A stretch of 64,000 nucleotides of DNA from Aplysia californica (taxonomy: Eukaryota), in the NCBI RefSeq assembly GCF_000002075.1, contig NW_004797283.1, positions 2,324,170 through 2,388,169 of the forward strand. The letters are read 5' to 3'. Below the pieces are notes generated by a model. That model worked only from the letters and a program-made list of their open reading frames with translations. It had not been told where the DNA came from and made no database searches. Position 1 is the first letter of the stretch. Each line of letters opens with the position of its first letter. Made by a program: the position numbers and the translations under genes. Shown piece after piece: positions 51,288-64,000 of this stretch.

Positions 51288-52223
51288 GTGAGTTTTTTGG
51301 TTTTGCATTTTTGTGTTATACGTATTTAAAGTCTTTCTGATTTCAGTTTTGTAGTTACTTGTCATGAAGAGAATTGGATTTTGATTTTCATGCTCTGCTT
51401 TTATCATGATATATTGTTCTTTGAGTTATGGTTTGTCTCTTAAATTCTCAACAGTAAATACTCACCAAATTTCCAAGTTACAGAAGAGAAACAATTGTGA
51501 CCTCAGTTAGGAAAAGATTTGATATTAGAAACTTTAATCCCCTCAATACAGTGATAAATGACTTTGACAAATATTGAAGCATGTAAATTATTATAGGGTT
51601 GGTTAGAAAATGTTTGTTACGACACAGTGGAATCAGCCGCGAACATAAGTCGAGAAATTTGTGATTGAAGATAGGGTTGTCTGGTTTCAGAAGTAAAATA
51701 AGTGACAAAATGACCCTCAACGTGCGGTGCCTTCCAAAGCTGGAGAGTCCTTAGAAACTGAAAAATTTACGTTTTTGTGCCTTTTATCAACGATGTCGGA
51801 AAAAAATCCGTACAGAATTATGTTTCTAAATGAACATAATAGGTGTTGATTCAAAAATCAAAATTCAATAAAAGTTGCCAAACCGGCCGGAAAATGCCTG
51901 TATCTTCGATTTCATCACTTTGACAAGCGCCTGATTTCACCCCAATGCCTCGCATATTATTTCTTTCACATGCAAGGGTTTTGTCATATAAGTGTTGAAC
52001 CTTTTACCTAATTCTTTTAAAGCATTTTCTTTAAAATTTAGTAAGGAAGACGATGAATAATGAATTCTGCAGGAGGATATTGCAATGAGGTGATTAAATT
52101 TCTCTGTTACATAAATACCACTGGGACAAACACAAATGAATGCATCGTAAGCTGTGTGTAAGACCAGTGCTTTGAACAATTTTGTTTTTATGGTAAACCA
52201 ACATGGAAATAAATGCATTGCAG

Positions 52224-52328
52224 GTACCATCACCATCAAAACACACGAAAGCTGGTCCAAGTATTCTGGATGTAGAGTTTACAGAAGAAGAAGATGATGA
52301 AGAATATGATCCCAATAAAGATGCTGAG
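52224..52328 (+). CDS. GON4L: GON4L coding exon 4
   Basis: VPSPSKHTKAGPSILDVEFTEEEDDEEYDPNKDAE; DEEYxP motif; gtaaga donor. Confidence 0.8.
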
Positions 52329-52843
52329 GTAAGATTACCATGTTTTCGGTAGAATCTTATTGTCTGTTATGGCCATACTATTAATGTTATAAATTGCTTA
52401 ATGGAACTTTAGTGTTGTTCTATCACTGGAGTGTAATAAATAGCATGGTTGTGCTGGGTAAAATTGAACAAGACTCAGAGTTTTTGTTCAATGAAACCTG
52501 TCTTAGAACACTCATACTTTGTTTTGATTGATCCATGTCTGTTCTTGGGCTCTTTTGTCTTCTAGCAAGTTATTGTCCTATGAAATTTACAGTTCTACAA
52601 ATAAGGGAATTTTACAGGGAGATTTTGAAAAATTTAGTTTATTACTTTTTCGAGTGTAAGAGGAAATTCTCCCAGCCTATATTTTTTATATAAGTAAAGT
52701 ACTTATGTGTCCGAGTACCTTAGAAAAGGATATCTGAAGTAAACAATTTATGTGTTCCAGTGTCTCTAAAAAATAAATCTCTCATTCATGTTCATCTCGA
52801 ATCGGTGTTATCTTACAAACCATTTCTCTTTTTTTATGTCTAG

Positions 52844-52963
52844 GCTCGTGACAGCGATGATGATGAAAGTGTGGTCTCCTCACGATTTAGTGAAATTGGG
52901 TCACCCTACCCTCTCACTCCAAGCAGTTCTGCTATTCCTCAAAGTAGTGAAAAAATGCCAGAT
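52844..52963 (+). CDS. GON4L: GON4L coding exon 5
   Basis: ARDSDDDESVVSSRFSEIGSPYPLTP...; polypyrimidine-tag acceptor, gtaagt donor, phase 0. Confidence 0.8.
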
Positions 52964-53189
52964 GTAAGTACTGAAATAGCATTCAGCCAAGAAAAAAAAT
53001 TAAAGTGTTGGCAGATTTGACTTTCACATCCGGATTGTTTGTTCTACCTGGTCCCTGGAGCTAGTGAACCAAAGATAACGCTATCTACTCTTTATCATAA
53101 GTCCCCTCTGATGAAAGGCTCATTTGATTGAGCAAGACCGTTGTCCTGTCCTGTGACTAACTTCCATGTTTTTTTTCTCTGGCAGTCTC

Positions 53190-53385
53190 TTGGGCGTGGG
53201 TGGTTGGCGGGTGCTCTGGTGTGGTTTGCTTCTTCTTTCCTGTCAAACATCTATCGTCCTTATGGCCCCTTCTTCTTTTTTATCTTTGTTACTCTCTTGT
53301 AACAGCTCTAACCTTCTGGCGCTCATATGACCTTATGCAGTTGCGAGCGCTGTAAAACTTCTACTAAAACTATACTAAACTAAAA
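53190..53385 (+). mobile_element. Copy of the same LINE 3' UTR
   Basis: gggtggttggcgggtgctctggtgtggtttgc...gcgctcatatgaccttatgcagttgcgagcgctgtaaaac. Confidence 0.72.
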
Positions 53386-53875
53386 GTCGCTTGGGGTCAT
53401 AGCTGTCTTTTTTCTTCTTTAGCCACCCTCTCTTTTGTATGTTAACAAAACTTTCAAAAGGGATAAAATCATGTTAATTTACTTTACTTTCACATTTCAT
53501 TGCACACTATATTGTTTATATCATTTATTGTCTATTGTCGCAAAAAGGAACATCAGTGTTCTCAGGACTGGTTTGAAGGAGCTTCCATTCTCTCCAAAAA
53601 CATGCAAAGAGTGATGGAAACAGTCATTAGCTAGTTTTTTATTCTTGTTATTTTAGAACTGTTCTGACTTCCTTCGCTCTTATATTTCCCCTTACATTTG
53701 TTTTGTTTGTCTTTTCCCAAGGGGTGGTTGGAGGGCGCCACTGTTAAGTCCTACTTCTGTTCTCACCCTCTGTTGCTTCTGTCTGTCTATCTTTCTTGTC
53801 CCCTGTACTAAATTGCTGTTTTAGTGTCAATTGCATCTCTTTACTCAAACAAAGAAAACAAATGTCCTTTCCCAG

Positions 53876-53995
53876 ACCCCAGGCTCCGTGGCTTCCTCAG
53901 TGTCTGCCTCACCAGCTGTGGTCTCCAGCTCCAAGAACCTGGAGAGTGCTTTCAATGCTTGTGAGCAGGCCTCCACAAGTTATGTCAGTGAAACG
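53876..53995 (+). CDS. GON4L: GON4L coding exon 6 (low complexity)
   Basis: TPGSVASSVSASPAVV...VSET; cccag acceptor, gtatgg donor; 120 nt phase 0; no conserved motif recognised. Confidence 0.6.
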
Positions 53996-54553
53996 GTATG
54001 GCTGGAGGCTCGAGCTGTAGTTGTGGTTGTTCTTGGCCGTTGTTTTTTTTACCTGAGATGCATTCATTATATTATAATGGGGATCTGACAGTAGTTTTTC
54101 CCCTTTTTTTCTCTCTTTTTGCTTCTAGATGTTGCTTTGATGCATGACTAAATTGAGGTGTCCAGCTACACTTTTAGAGTGTAATGCTATGTTTTACCAA
54201 TTACGTCATTTTCTTATTATTATTGCTTGTGACAAACTCATAAAAAATTTCAAGAAATGCTAAAATATATGAGGCACATAAGAGCTTGAAATTGCCCTGA
54301 ACGATAGTACAGAGCACCCTAGTACAAATCCCTAGAGGGTGTTGTTGGATTCGGGTTGTTTAAGAACTTTCCTCAGTTGGATTCAGTAGATCTCAAGGCC
54401 ATCTGCCCACACATTACAGTACTGAGCAAAAAAGAAATATTGGTGACAGTGTGAGACATACTAAGTGCAGTTTAGGTTCCAAATGGTCATAAGTACATTA
54501 TTTCTACATCAAACGTTTTGTGAAACAGTCAGTGTCGTTGCTATAATTTCTAG

Positions 54554-54722
54554 GGTGACACAATTGCCAGACGCACAAGGTCAAAACTGCCACTGACCAG
54601 CACATGCATTACAGACATTGAAAGTGCTTTTGTTGCTCCGGACATCACAGCTGATATGTATGATAATACATGCAAGGATGAGGACTGGATGCAGTTCCTC
54701 TCTTCCCTCTACAAGCCAACAG
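54554..54722 (+). CDS. GON4L: GON4L coding exon 7 (signature block)
   Basis: GDTIARRTRSKLPLTSTCITDIESAFVAPDITADMYDNTCKDEDWMQFL matches the GON4L/YY1AP1 RTRSKxPL...APDITxDMYD...DEDW block. Confidence 0.92.
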
Positions 54723-55493
54723 GTGAGACCCTGTGCTATGTTTGATTACTCATAGTTAATTGATTTCTCTTTTTTACTTATGTCAGGGTCGGAGGCCTGT
54801 CTCCTAAGTTTGTAAATTGTGTCAATGGGGGCGTAAAATCGCCTACATTCAAATAGTGAAAAAAAAATTGACTTATGTTCTCTCATGACACCTTGGGCTA
54901 TGGTGCACACCTTAACTTCTACCTAGCAGAGACCTCTTTTATGCTGCTAATGTGGCATCTACACAAAAATTTTGGTCTTTTGAAGCCTCGAAAGAGAAGG
55001 GATTTTGATCAAATGTTAGTTTTTCGGTTTGCCCATCAGTCAAATTAAGCCAGATGCAGTTACATTAATCCAAGCTGCCTTTTTTTTTGCTTTAGAAAAA
55101 TGAAAGATGGCTTGAAGCAAAACCTTCTACTACTTATTCAGAATTCCCCGCATTTGAAGAAAGTTGTTTGAGATTGTAAAACCATCCAAGTATAAGACTT
55201 TTGTTCACTTTTTGTGGTCCCTTTGACTTACGGTATACGAGAGTACTCTTCTACATCTAAAATATTGTTTTGTTGCATTTGAGATGAAGGTTCTTTTTAT
55301 CGATGAGTGGTCACTTATTCATCATGTGTTTTTATGTCTCAATCAAAGATAGGGTGCTGATAACAGTATTCATAAAGTGCATGAAGTAAATATGATGGGA
55401 GACAAAAATGGCAGGTCCAGAAGAAATGGAATTTGCGTAAGTCAGAACTTTTCATGGGGTTGCAAAGGAAATATGTTGTTTCTTTCCTTGTAG

Positions 55494-55610
55494 ATGACAC
55501 CATTCAAGATGATGATGCTAATGATCCAGAGTTCAACTACATTGCTGAGGCCGAAAAAGAGGAAGAAGATGTAGAAGATTTCCTGTTTGACAAACCTTCA
55601 AAAATCACCA
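55494..55610 (+). CDS. GON4L: GON4L coding exon 8
   Basis: DDDANDPEFNYIAEAEKEEEDVEDFLFDKPSKIT. Confidence 0.88.
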
Positions 55611-56259
55611 GTAAATGACTTACTTTTCAAATATGCGTGTGCAAATGTATTTCAGTGTGTGTTTGTGTGTGTTTATAGGTGTTTGTACACATAAATGTGT
55701 GAGTGTGTGTGTGTGTTTGTTTATGTGCACGCATGTGTATATCAGTGTGTGTGCATGTAGGAGTTTGCTCACATGCACGTGTGTGTTTGATTGTGTTTTT
55801 ATATGTATTTGTGTATGTCCTTGTGTGCACTTTGTTGACAGAGATGAAGAAAGTGTCGACTGACTGAAAGGTGGGAAGAAAAAATGTTTTATGCACATGC
55901 CCTGTTGCAGACTTTGCAGGCAAATTTTATGTGACTTTTTGTTTTAGCTTGCTTTTGTGTTGTCTAATTTAAATGAACTGTGATGGTTATATCTACTGGT
56001 ATGATATAATTTTTGTCCCCCTAGCCATCCCTAGTAGATGTTAAAGGTTTATGTATCCTTTATGTATCTCTGAATAGGAATTTGGTAAATATTTTTCTTA
56101 TGACATCAGTATTTTCAACTTCAGAACTGATTGAGCGGTTTCCTTTAGTTACATTTATGATTTAACACATTTGTTGATTCTGTAATTATTTTTTGTAATG
56201 TTCTCACCGATTAAAAATGAATTTTCAATTAGTTTCCACTAACATTTTCATAACTACAG

Positions 56260-56887
56260 AGAAGGAGCTGAACATCCTTATCTCAGAACTTGAGGAGCTC
56301 TTTGAAGAAGACCAGTTGCCCTATCGTGTAGTGGGAAATGCTATGCCTTCTACCAGCAATGAGCCACAATCCACCAACACGGAACGTTCCAGCAACACTG
56401 AACCTTCCAGGAACCGTGAACCTTCAAGCAGCACTGGACATCTGCACTGCAATAATGAACGACGAAGCAGCAATAATGAACAACCGTACAGTAATAATGG
56501 ACAAGTGTGCAACAATAATAACCAACAATATAATCGCAATGAACAGCAATATATCAATAACGAACAACAATACAACTGTTATAAGCAACAGTTCCATAAC
56601 AACGAGCAGCTTTATAGCAATAATGGGCAACAATACACCAGCAATGGACAACAATACAGCAATAATAACCAACAGTGTGGAGGCTATTCACAACCTTATA
56701 GCAATACTCGGCAACCATTCAGTAACCAGACCCCAGTGGCACCAACATTTACGGAGTTTAAAACTCCTCTAGCTCCTCCTAGTCAGAGCTCCAGGATGCA
56801 TACAGTGACTGGTCAGAGGAGTTCACAGGTTTCTGACGTCTCTCAGACCTCTTCCATCCATGAAAGAAGTCAAGATTTCAGTCAACA
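56260..56887 (+). CDS. GON4L: GON4L coding exon 9 including a Q/N/Y-rich repeat
   Basis: Splices to ITKKELNILISEL (conserved ITKKExNxLxxEL); donor gtaagc. Confidence 0.85.
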
Positions 56888-57524
56888 GTAAGCATACTAA
56901 AATTTTATAATTAGGCATATTTACTTCAATGTGTTGTTTTTGAATAACTTTTTATCATTCTTTTGTTTATGCAAGAGCACCGCTATTGATAAAAGTTTTG
57001 TAAAGGGGCTTGTTCATTTACAAAGGGATTCAAAATTTATTTTCCGCCACAAGGCTTTTAGGAAAAAGAAACCTTACACTGCTGTGATATTTCTTTGCCT
57101 ATTTTCTTTTCTAAGATAATCTGCTGGGCCATTGTCGAGTGGTTGAAATTTTCACAAATTGTTAGATGCTTCTTTTTTCAGAGTATCTGAGGCTGGCTTC
57201 TTTCACATTCTCCTTGTATTTGACTAAGACAGCAAGACGGACAGAAATGCCATGTCATTACCGTGAACAGTTTAGAGACATACTACACAGAATCCATTTA
57301 ACATGGCTCTTGTCGTGGCCCATTAGAGACTCATTCTGGGGAGTACACCATTACTGCTGCAGGTGTCCTATCCTATAGAGCTGCTCTGATTCCCTGTAAG
57401 AATGTTTGTGAGCTTAGGTTTTTCGAGTTTTCATTGCTATACATTCTCTTAGTTCAGATTTTTATAGGATTTCTTTGAGGGTGAAGCTGTTAAAATGTGA
57501 ACTGTATTCGCTTTGTTGTTTCAG

Positions 57525-57585
57525 ATCGCATGATGCAGGAATTACAGATGAACAGCATGCCATCATTGAGGACCATATGAGAAAA
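57525..57585 (+). CDS. GON4L: GON4L coding exon 10
   Basis: SHDAGITDEQHAIIEDHMRK; phase-consistent, leads into HIQLLTQ. Confidence 0.8.
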
Positions 57586-58417
57586 GTAACTCTTTATTCT
57601 TCCATCCTTTTTGTACAGTTACAAATAGCTCCACCTCTTTCATGGGGTTCCTGCTTCTCTAATAAATTAATATGTAAAGATAACAAACTCTATTTTAAAA
57701 TAGGCTTTCACTAAGTACAGTCATTTGAACTCTCTTTTCGAAAAGGATGATCAGGAATATGTTGCATTGCTTTATTTTAGAAATTTGTGTTTGGTGTCTG
57801 CATCTATAGTGTAATATTTATGCTCTTCATCCAAAAGACATGAGCTTGATTCGACATAATGTTTCCATCTTCTAGCTGGAATGTTTCCCATACCTCCAAG
57901 GTTAGCCATAATAAGCATGGTAAAGGAATCCCACCTTCTGGATAGTTCAAACTGTGGTGATGGGGCGAAGTACATTTTCCATCACCATTATAAATGTGCG
58001 ACTGAGTGTGCATAATTCAGAGCTCATCTAGCCCTTGTTCAAGTGTGCTAGAATTCAAGTTTTAATAATAAATTCTACTGTGGTGTAGTACTGCTATCAA
58101 AAATGATCCCTGTCTTTTACTACAGAACTTTGATCACAGTACTGTGCATTCTTTGAATTTTGAAATAGCAAGGCCAGTCTTCCTTTTTTTTTTTTTTTAG
58201 TTATGCTTGAATATTTTTTATTCACTGTAAGCAGCATCACCACAAAGATCTGGACCGAGTTCTTCTTTGAGGAATTTGTTTTTGAGTTACGAGAAATGTT
58301 TACTTAAGTTTGGCAGCGTAACTGTAAACAGCGGCATGCAGGTGGCAATCCTGTCTTGCTAACAAACTTACCATCCGTCTTGTTTAATAATGTGCTTCTC
58401 TTCAACTAAATTGTAAG

Positions 58418-59394
58418 CAGGGTTGGGTTGATTTAAATCAGGTTGATTTAAATCGGTTGATTTTTTAAATTTAAATCAACTTGATTTTTTAAATAAAAAT
58501 CAGTGATTTAAATCACTTTTTTTTAAATGTATTTTTATTCAGTTTTTACATATTTCAACATTAAAATTCCTTTCCTTGGTCCCATAAAACAGATAAGGTT
58601 TAGTAGACTAATATATTCATGCTTAAAAGTCTGCTTTCCCTCCTTTCATTGTAAAATAATACAGTATTCAATTTACTTTTTTTTCCATAATTGAAATCAG
58701 AGCTGGGTTGATTTAAATCAGTTGATTTTTAAAATATTTTAATCAACTTGATTTTTAAAATAAAAATCAGTGATTTAAATCACTTTTTAAAAAATTTATT
58801 CAGGTTTTACATATTTGAACATTCAGAATTCCTTTCCTTGGTTTTATTAAACAGATAAGGTTTAGTAGACTAATATAGTCATACTTAAAAGTCTGCTTTC
58901 CCTCCTGTCACTGTAAAATAATACAGTATTCAATTGACTTTTTTTTTCATGATTGAAATCAGGGTTGGGTTGATTTAAATCAGGTCGATTTAAATCTGTT
59001 GATTTTTTAAAATTTAAATCAACTTGTTTTTAAAAATAAAACTCAGTGATTTAAATCACTTTAAAAAACGTATTCTGTTTTTACATCTTTAAACATTCAG
59101 AATTCCTTTCCTTGGTTTTATAAAACAGTTATAAGGTTTAGTAGACTAATATAATCATGCTTAAAAGTCTGCTTTCCCCCTGCCACTGTAAAATAATACA
59201 GTATTCAATTTATGTGGTTTTTTTCATTATTGAAATTAATATTTTCTTTTTCTTTTTACACAAACACAAGCGCGCGCACACACACACACACACTGTAATA
59301 AAATGCAAGTTTATCTATGCATAATTACCCCCCCCCCCCCTTCCTTTTAGATTGACATTTTCTTCATTTTTTTGTCTGTAGCCATAATTCACTG

Positions 59395-59442
<48 letters not shown>

Positions 59443-59667
59443 TTAAGGCTTTCTTTTGCGGTTGCTTAAATTAATCATTAGTTAAAATGAAGACAATGCA
59501 TTTTGCACTAAAAGAACATACTTTTAGCAACCAAAAATCCCAAACTGTGTCTACATTTTTTTTTAAATAAAAAAAATCCTATTTAAATTTACAAAAATCT
59601 TGATTTAAATTTAAAAAATCGATTTTTTAAATTTTTATTTAAAAAATCAAAAAAATCACCAACCCTG
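58418..59667. mobile_element. Non-autonomous hAT element with 8-bp TSD and a triplicated left end
   Basis: TIR cagggttgg...ccaaccctg; TSD attgtaag at 58410-58417 and 59668-59675. Confidence 0.9.
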
Positions 59668-59816
59668 ATTGTAAGTTGTCAGAAAGGTAAAATGAGTATC
59701 AGTTTACTCTTTTTCTCAAGTTTATTTTCCATAATCTTTTTTGGGCCATTGTCTTGGAAGTTGGACATGTTTTTTCCCATTGCAACTCACTTGCTCCGTT
59801 TGTTTCTTGCCCTCAG

Positions 59817-59895
59817 CACATCCAGCTGCTCACTCAGAGCTTTCTCCTCTCCCAGACCCATTGTGTGTACAGGGACTTGAAGGGCCAGCCTGAAA
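59817..59895 (+). CDS. GON4L: GON4L coding exon 11 (3' end lost in assembly gap)
   Basis: HIQLLTQSFLL conserved block; runs into Ns at 59896. Confidence 0.85.
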
Positions 59896-60529
59896 NNNNN
59901 NNNNNNNNNNNNNNNNNNNNNNNNNNNNNNNNNNNNNNNNNNNNNNNNNNNNNNNNNNNNNNNNNNNNNNNNNNNNNNNNNNNNNNNNNNNNNNNNNNNN
60001 NNNNNNNNNNNNNNNNNNNNNNNNNNNNNNNNNNNNNNNNNNNNNNNNNNNNNNNNNNNNNNNNNNNNNNNNNNNNNNNNNNNTCCCTCCCTGATATGTT
60101 TATTTCATTAAATCTGATGGTTCAGCTCTCTCTTCTATTCTTAGTAATGCTATGAAAACATAAATTTTATAGAATTGTTTCTTTTATTTGAGTGGAAAGA
60201 GGTTTGAATTTGACTGTATCTCTAGGAATCCTCTTAGCCACCATCTCTTGACCATAGCTGCAGACATGATTAAATTTATACCTCTCCAGACACATAGGAT
60301 ATTTCTTAAGAAATTACGCACTTTCGTTATGTTTATTCTGTTTTAAATGTACTTTCACTAAAACTGAGCATCCCAAGAAAAAAATGGTTGCAGCAGTAAA
60401 AAAAAAAAAGGACAATAAGTTTGTTCAGGAAAAAATCCTCCATCTATTTTCAGTGGCCACATGCTAGGAGTAATCTCACAGGTTAAATGGTACCATTGAT
60501 TTATATTATATTGTTTTCTTGATTTTCAG

Positions 60530-60674
60530 CGAGAACTTGATCATTTTCGAAAGTCTTCTGCTGCTGGCACAGCCTCTGTGTTCAATGTGTGTAACCTTGA
60601 CCCTGCATTAGAAGTGCTGCAGGAGGTAGGAGGCATGGGTTTAGAACCCAAGAAAAAGAGTAGTGGTATCTATG
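60530..60674 (+). CDS. GON4L: GON4L coding exon 12
   Basis: RELDHFRKSSAAGTASVFNVCNLDPALEVL...; ttttcag acceptor, gtgagt donor. Confidence 0.8.
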
Positions 60675-62180
60675 GTGAGTTCTCTTGTCATGTCAGTAAA
60701 GTTAAAGTGTCCTTATCATGAAACAAAGTTCTAATTTTCTTTTTCTATGAAAATGGACTATGCTTTTTTGAAGTAATATAGCACCCTCATTTATGTCTGG
60801 AAAAGACCATGCTCAATTATTTTAAAACGTCTGAAAATTCAGACTGTGGGTCAAAGAAAGATAAATGGAAATGTACACTAATTCAAAAATTGCCTTTGTA
60901 ATAATTGCTTTTCTTGAGCCTGTGTAATAATATTAACTCTTTATCTCAAAAGGAGGTAAACGCACAGTGCCAGGATCCTCTTTTGGTTTCAAAATCTAAA
61001 ATTTGGATATACGTCTCTAAATTGGTCATTAACATCAAAACAAGTGAACTCATTCTGATAGATCTTCGTCTAGTGAATGAAATCCTAGTAAAAGAGACCT
61101 GTTTTCAATAGTATCCAAAAAGTAATTTGACATCGAAGTTGTCGTAAAGCAATGTGCCCGAGCTGCTGCGAGCGGCTCACAGGCACAGTGGTTCTGCCCA
61201 CGAGCAGCTGCAAGCGACTTGCTAGAGAAAAAGAGCTCAGCAAAGCTGGTGGTTGGAGGGCGCCACTCGTGGGCCTCACTTCTTTACTTTCCCTCTGTTG
61301 TTTCTATCTGTCTGTCTTACTTTTTCCCAGCACTAAATGACCATTCTTATTGTGTTGATGTGCTTTTCTTTACTCAAACAAACAAAAACAATCGATATCA
61401 AATGAAATCTATTGGCTGATGGTGTTTATATATACAGCAGCATTATGTGGACACATAAATTTCAAATCTCTCGTGTCATCTTCACCGTGTGCCTGATAGG
61501 CTGAACAAAAATACTTGTAAGACAGTATCTCTAAACTATGGTTCTACGTATGTCAGAGTGACCTGCTGTCAAAAATCACCAGATCAAGTTCCAAACATCA
61601 AAATATTTTTATAAGATTCTTGCTCCTGACTCTACAGCTCAAAAAATGTATTGAAAGCACTGCAAATGCAAGTTAGAGTGATTTTAGTATTTCTTTTTGT
61701 TTGATGGCTGTGGTATGGTTAGGTATATCTGGACCAGAACATAAAAGTTTTGGCTTTTGAGTCCCTCCTTTTTTTTTGGCTCCTTTTGGGATGTCGTTGT
61801 CCTGACAAGGGAGCAAATATTCCATTTTCAAAAATGACATACATTGTTTCTTGAAGGGTATGGAACTTTAGCAATCAAGACAGCAACAAAAGATACTTTT
61901 TCGGTCGTTAATTATGTTGTATGTCGACAGGTCGGTGTAAGACTCCATCATATGTCACTTTTCAAAATGGCACATGGGAGAGTCTTGCACTAAGCAGTCA
62001 ATACATGAAATAATATCAAGAAGTTAGCATGGGATAGGAAAAGGTGGAAACTGTTCATGGCCTATACCCTTATGCAGAGTGAGAAAGGCAGTGTTGATGA
62101 TGATGATGCTATTTATGAGATCGAGTTGTTTGAGACCCCATGTAAGTTTCCATTTCATTTCTTCTTTCTTTCTCATTCAG

Positions 62181-62325
62181 AAGCGCATATTGGTATGTGC
62201 AAACCTTTGCGTCAAGTTGTCTTCAACAGTGCAGCATTTGTGTACCCTCAGCTGCTGCCTTCACTCAGATTGTTTGCCAAATCAAAAGGGAACAAGTACC
62301 GGAATGTGATGCCCAGCGAAGACAA
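62181..62325 (+). CDS. GON4L: GON4L coding exon 13
   Basis: VVFNSAAFVYPQLLP...PSED(N); conserved FxYPxLLP. Confidence 0.87.
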
Positions 62326-63496
62326 GTAATGCTGGGGGGGTTTATTGGGGTTTTTTTTTTGGTTTTAAAGAATTCTTTAATTGCACTTACTTCAGCTCTT
62401 CTTTTTCCCACAAAGTCCATTTTAGATTCCCCCTTCTGCAAAAGTTGGAAGCAACTATCAAAGCGAAAGGGAATCTTGTCTAAATACTTAGCAGAAATGA
62501 CAGCCATATGAGTCTTATATTTTGGCCAGGTGACACCTGATGCTTTTAACTATTTCACCACCATAACTTAGGTCTGTTTAGTCGAGCACTTACTTCAAGA
62601 GCGAGCATAGTGACTTATTTTAAAAATATATGATTTCTAAAGTTGATAATGTCTTTGTGCCCCTCCCTGCTTTCTACTCTTTCAACATTCCTTTCTTTAG
62701 CTTTACTTGATATTAATATTTATATAGCCTGTAACTTTAGAAAAGACTAAATGACCAAATGAAATGCTAGTTTCAGGATTATGCCATTTTAGATCAATTT
62801 AATTCATTTCTGTTTTTTGCTTATAATCCTGCTTTTGCACAGTCCCGATGACATGCAGTTGTTGTGTTCTCTTGGACAATTTACTTAACATGTCCTAGGC
62901 TTAGTGTGAATACCCTCTCTCATGTAGGCTATAAAAAGGGACCCTAAGTGGAACACACTCTGTCACCTCCCCCCCCCCCCGCGGGAAGTGCTACTGACTG
63001 AAGTGTCTATAGGCCATTCCCAAAGGGGGGATATTAACATGTTATTGTGCACAATAGAATTGTAAAGGGCTGATTTATCAATGTCATGCTCATACTGTAC
63101 TAGAACGACATAGGGGGAACTGCTGCTTTTTCTTTACTCTTTCTTACTATCATCATTTTTTCCTCTACTTCTTTTGTATGTTTGTCACTCTCTTGTGAAC
63201 TTCTATTTCCGGAGTGCCTCGAAAGTCGAAGCAGACTGTGCTGTTGAGGCTAGAGAGGTGAGCAGAGTAAGGCTGATTCCCCATTTGGACTTCTCTTTTG
63301 ACATCCACCCCTTGGCGCACATATGACCTTGCAGTTGCGAGTGGCGTAAAACCTTACTAAAACTAAAAACACTCTGCCATTTAGCAGGACAAAACTACTG
63401 TGGTCTGTGAATTATTCCTCCACTTTAACCTTTTGTTGTTGGAGGGCTTGATTTGTTTCTAACCATGCAACAAAATATTCCTGACATCTATTGTAG

Positions 63497-63653
63497 TCTC
63501 ATCGCCCTGGGCTTGTTGGAGTTTCGGAACTGCCAGGATGCCAATACAGTTGATCTCATTGCTGAGCTGTTACTCCGTGGTAAAGATGGCAAACAGGTAC
63601 AACACCGCATCTATCGCATGTGTCACTGCAAGCAGGAACAAAATGTCATCAAG
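63497..63653 (+). CDS. GON4L: GON4L coding exon 14 (gene continues beyond the window)
   Basis: (N)LIALGLLEF...LIAELLLRGKDGKQVQHRI...NVIK; joins to give EDNLIALGL. Confidence 0.88.
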
Positions 63654-64000
63654 GTAGGGTACTGTTGTTGTAGTTTTTGTTGTATTGTTGTAATGACAAA
63701 TGCCATCTTGATTCATTTGCCTCTTTCACTCTGGTATTGAGTATTGGCCGTCAAGAAGTGCACTCAATCTATCTCTCTTTTCTAGCCAATCTTCTCCACC
63801 TCCTGCCAGCTGTGTCCCATAAGTTGCCCCGTGACTTGTACTTTTTTTCTTAATTCTATGCTGTCGTAGGCGGGAGAGGTTACAAGTTATTCTCTAAAGT
63901 GTTTTGATGTTGATGTCAGTCCAGCAGCCATCAAGCTTGTCCTGTTGAGCCCTGTACCTTGTTGCGGAGGACAGAAATATAACAAAATGGTCTCTCCATC

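Noticed and set aside
53100-53145. ctgatga followed by a small hairpin, hammerhead-ribozyme-like
   Set aside because: No GAAA core after stem II and no convincing stems I and III
56053-56061. GTATCCTTT, a U12 donor consensus inside a GON4L intron
   Set aside because: Not at an exon boundary; flanking exons already join in frame through gtaaat...cag

Overview
Eukaryotic (animal) genomic DNA from a gappy, microsatellite-rich draft assembly; the repeat content suggests a mollusc, probably a gastropod (inference only). The right ~36 kb holds two multi-exon genes arranged head-to-head. DNA polymerase kappa (POLK, minus strand) has 10 coding exons at 42175..28260, which I spliced by hand to an uninterrupted 840-aa ORF ending in a PIP box. 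A GON-4-like/YY1AP1 gene (plus strand) has 14 coding exons from 48863 and runs off the window end; one exon is cut by a gap. The left ~26 kb has no host gene I can support. It holds a near-intact RTEX-like non-LTR retrotransposon inserted in a (TC)n microsatellite, LINE and mariner relics, a ~214-bp tandem repeat and many SINEs/MITEs. Most notable: (1) the RTEX-like element's apparent (TC)n targeting and its ORF1 stop codon in frame with ORF2; (2) a tRNA/Meta-domain SINE sharing its 3' tail with a truncated LINE family in the same window; (3) a TTAA/CCC-ended element carrying a hAT-type dimerisation fragment; (4) a hAT element with a triplicated left end; (5) a Q/N/Y heptad repeat in GON4L and a Cys-rich insert in POLK; (6) palindromic TAGATCTA/TAGGCCTA micro-insertions and a telomere-repeat cassette near the inferred bidirectional promoter.
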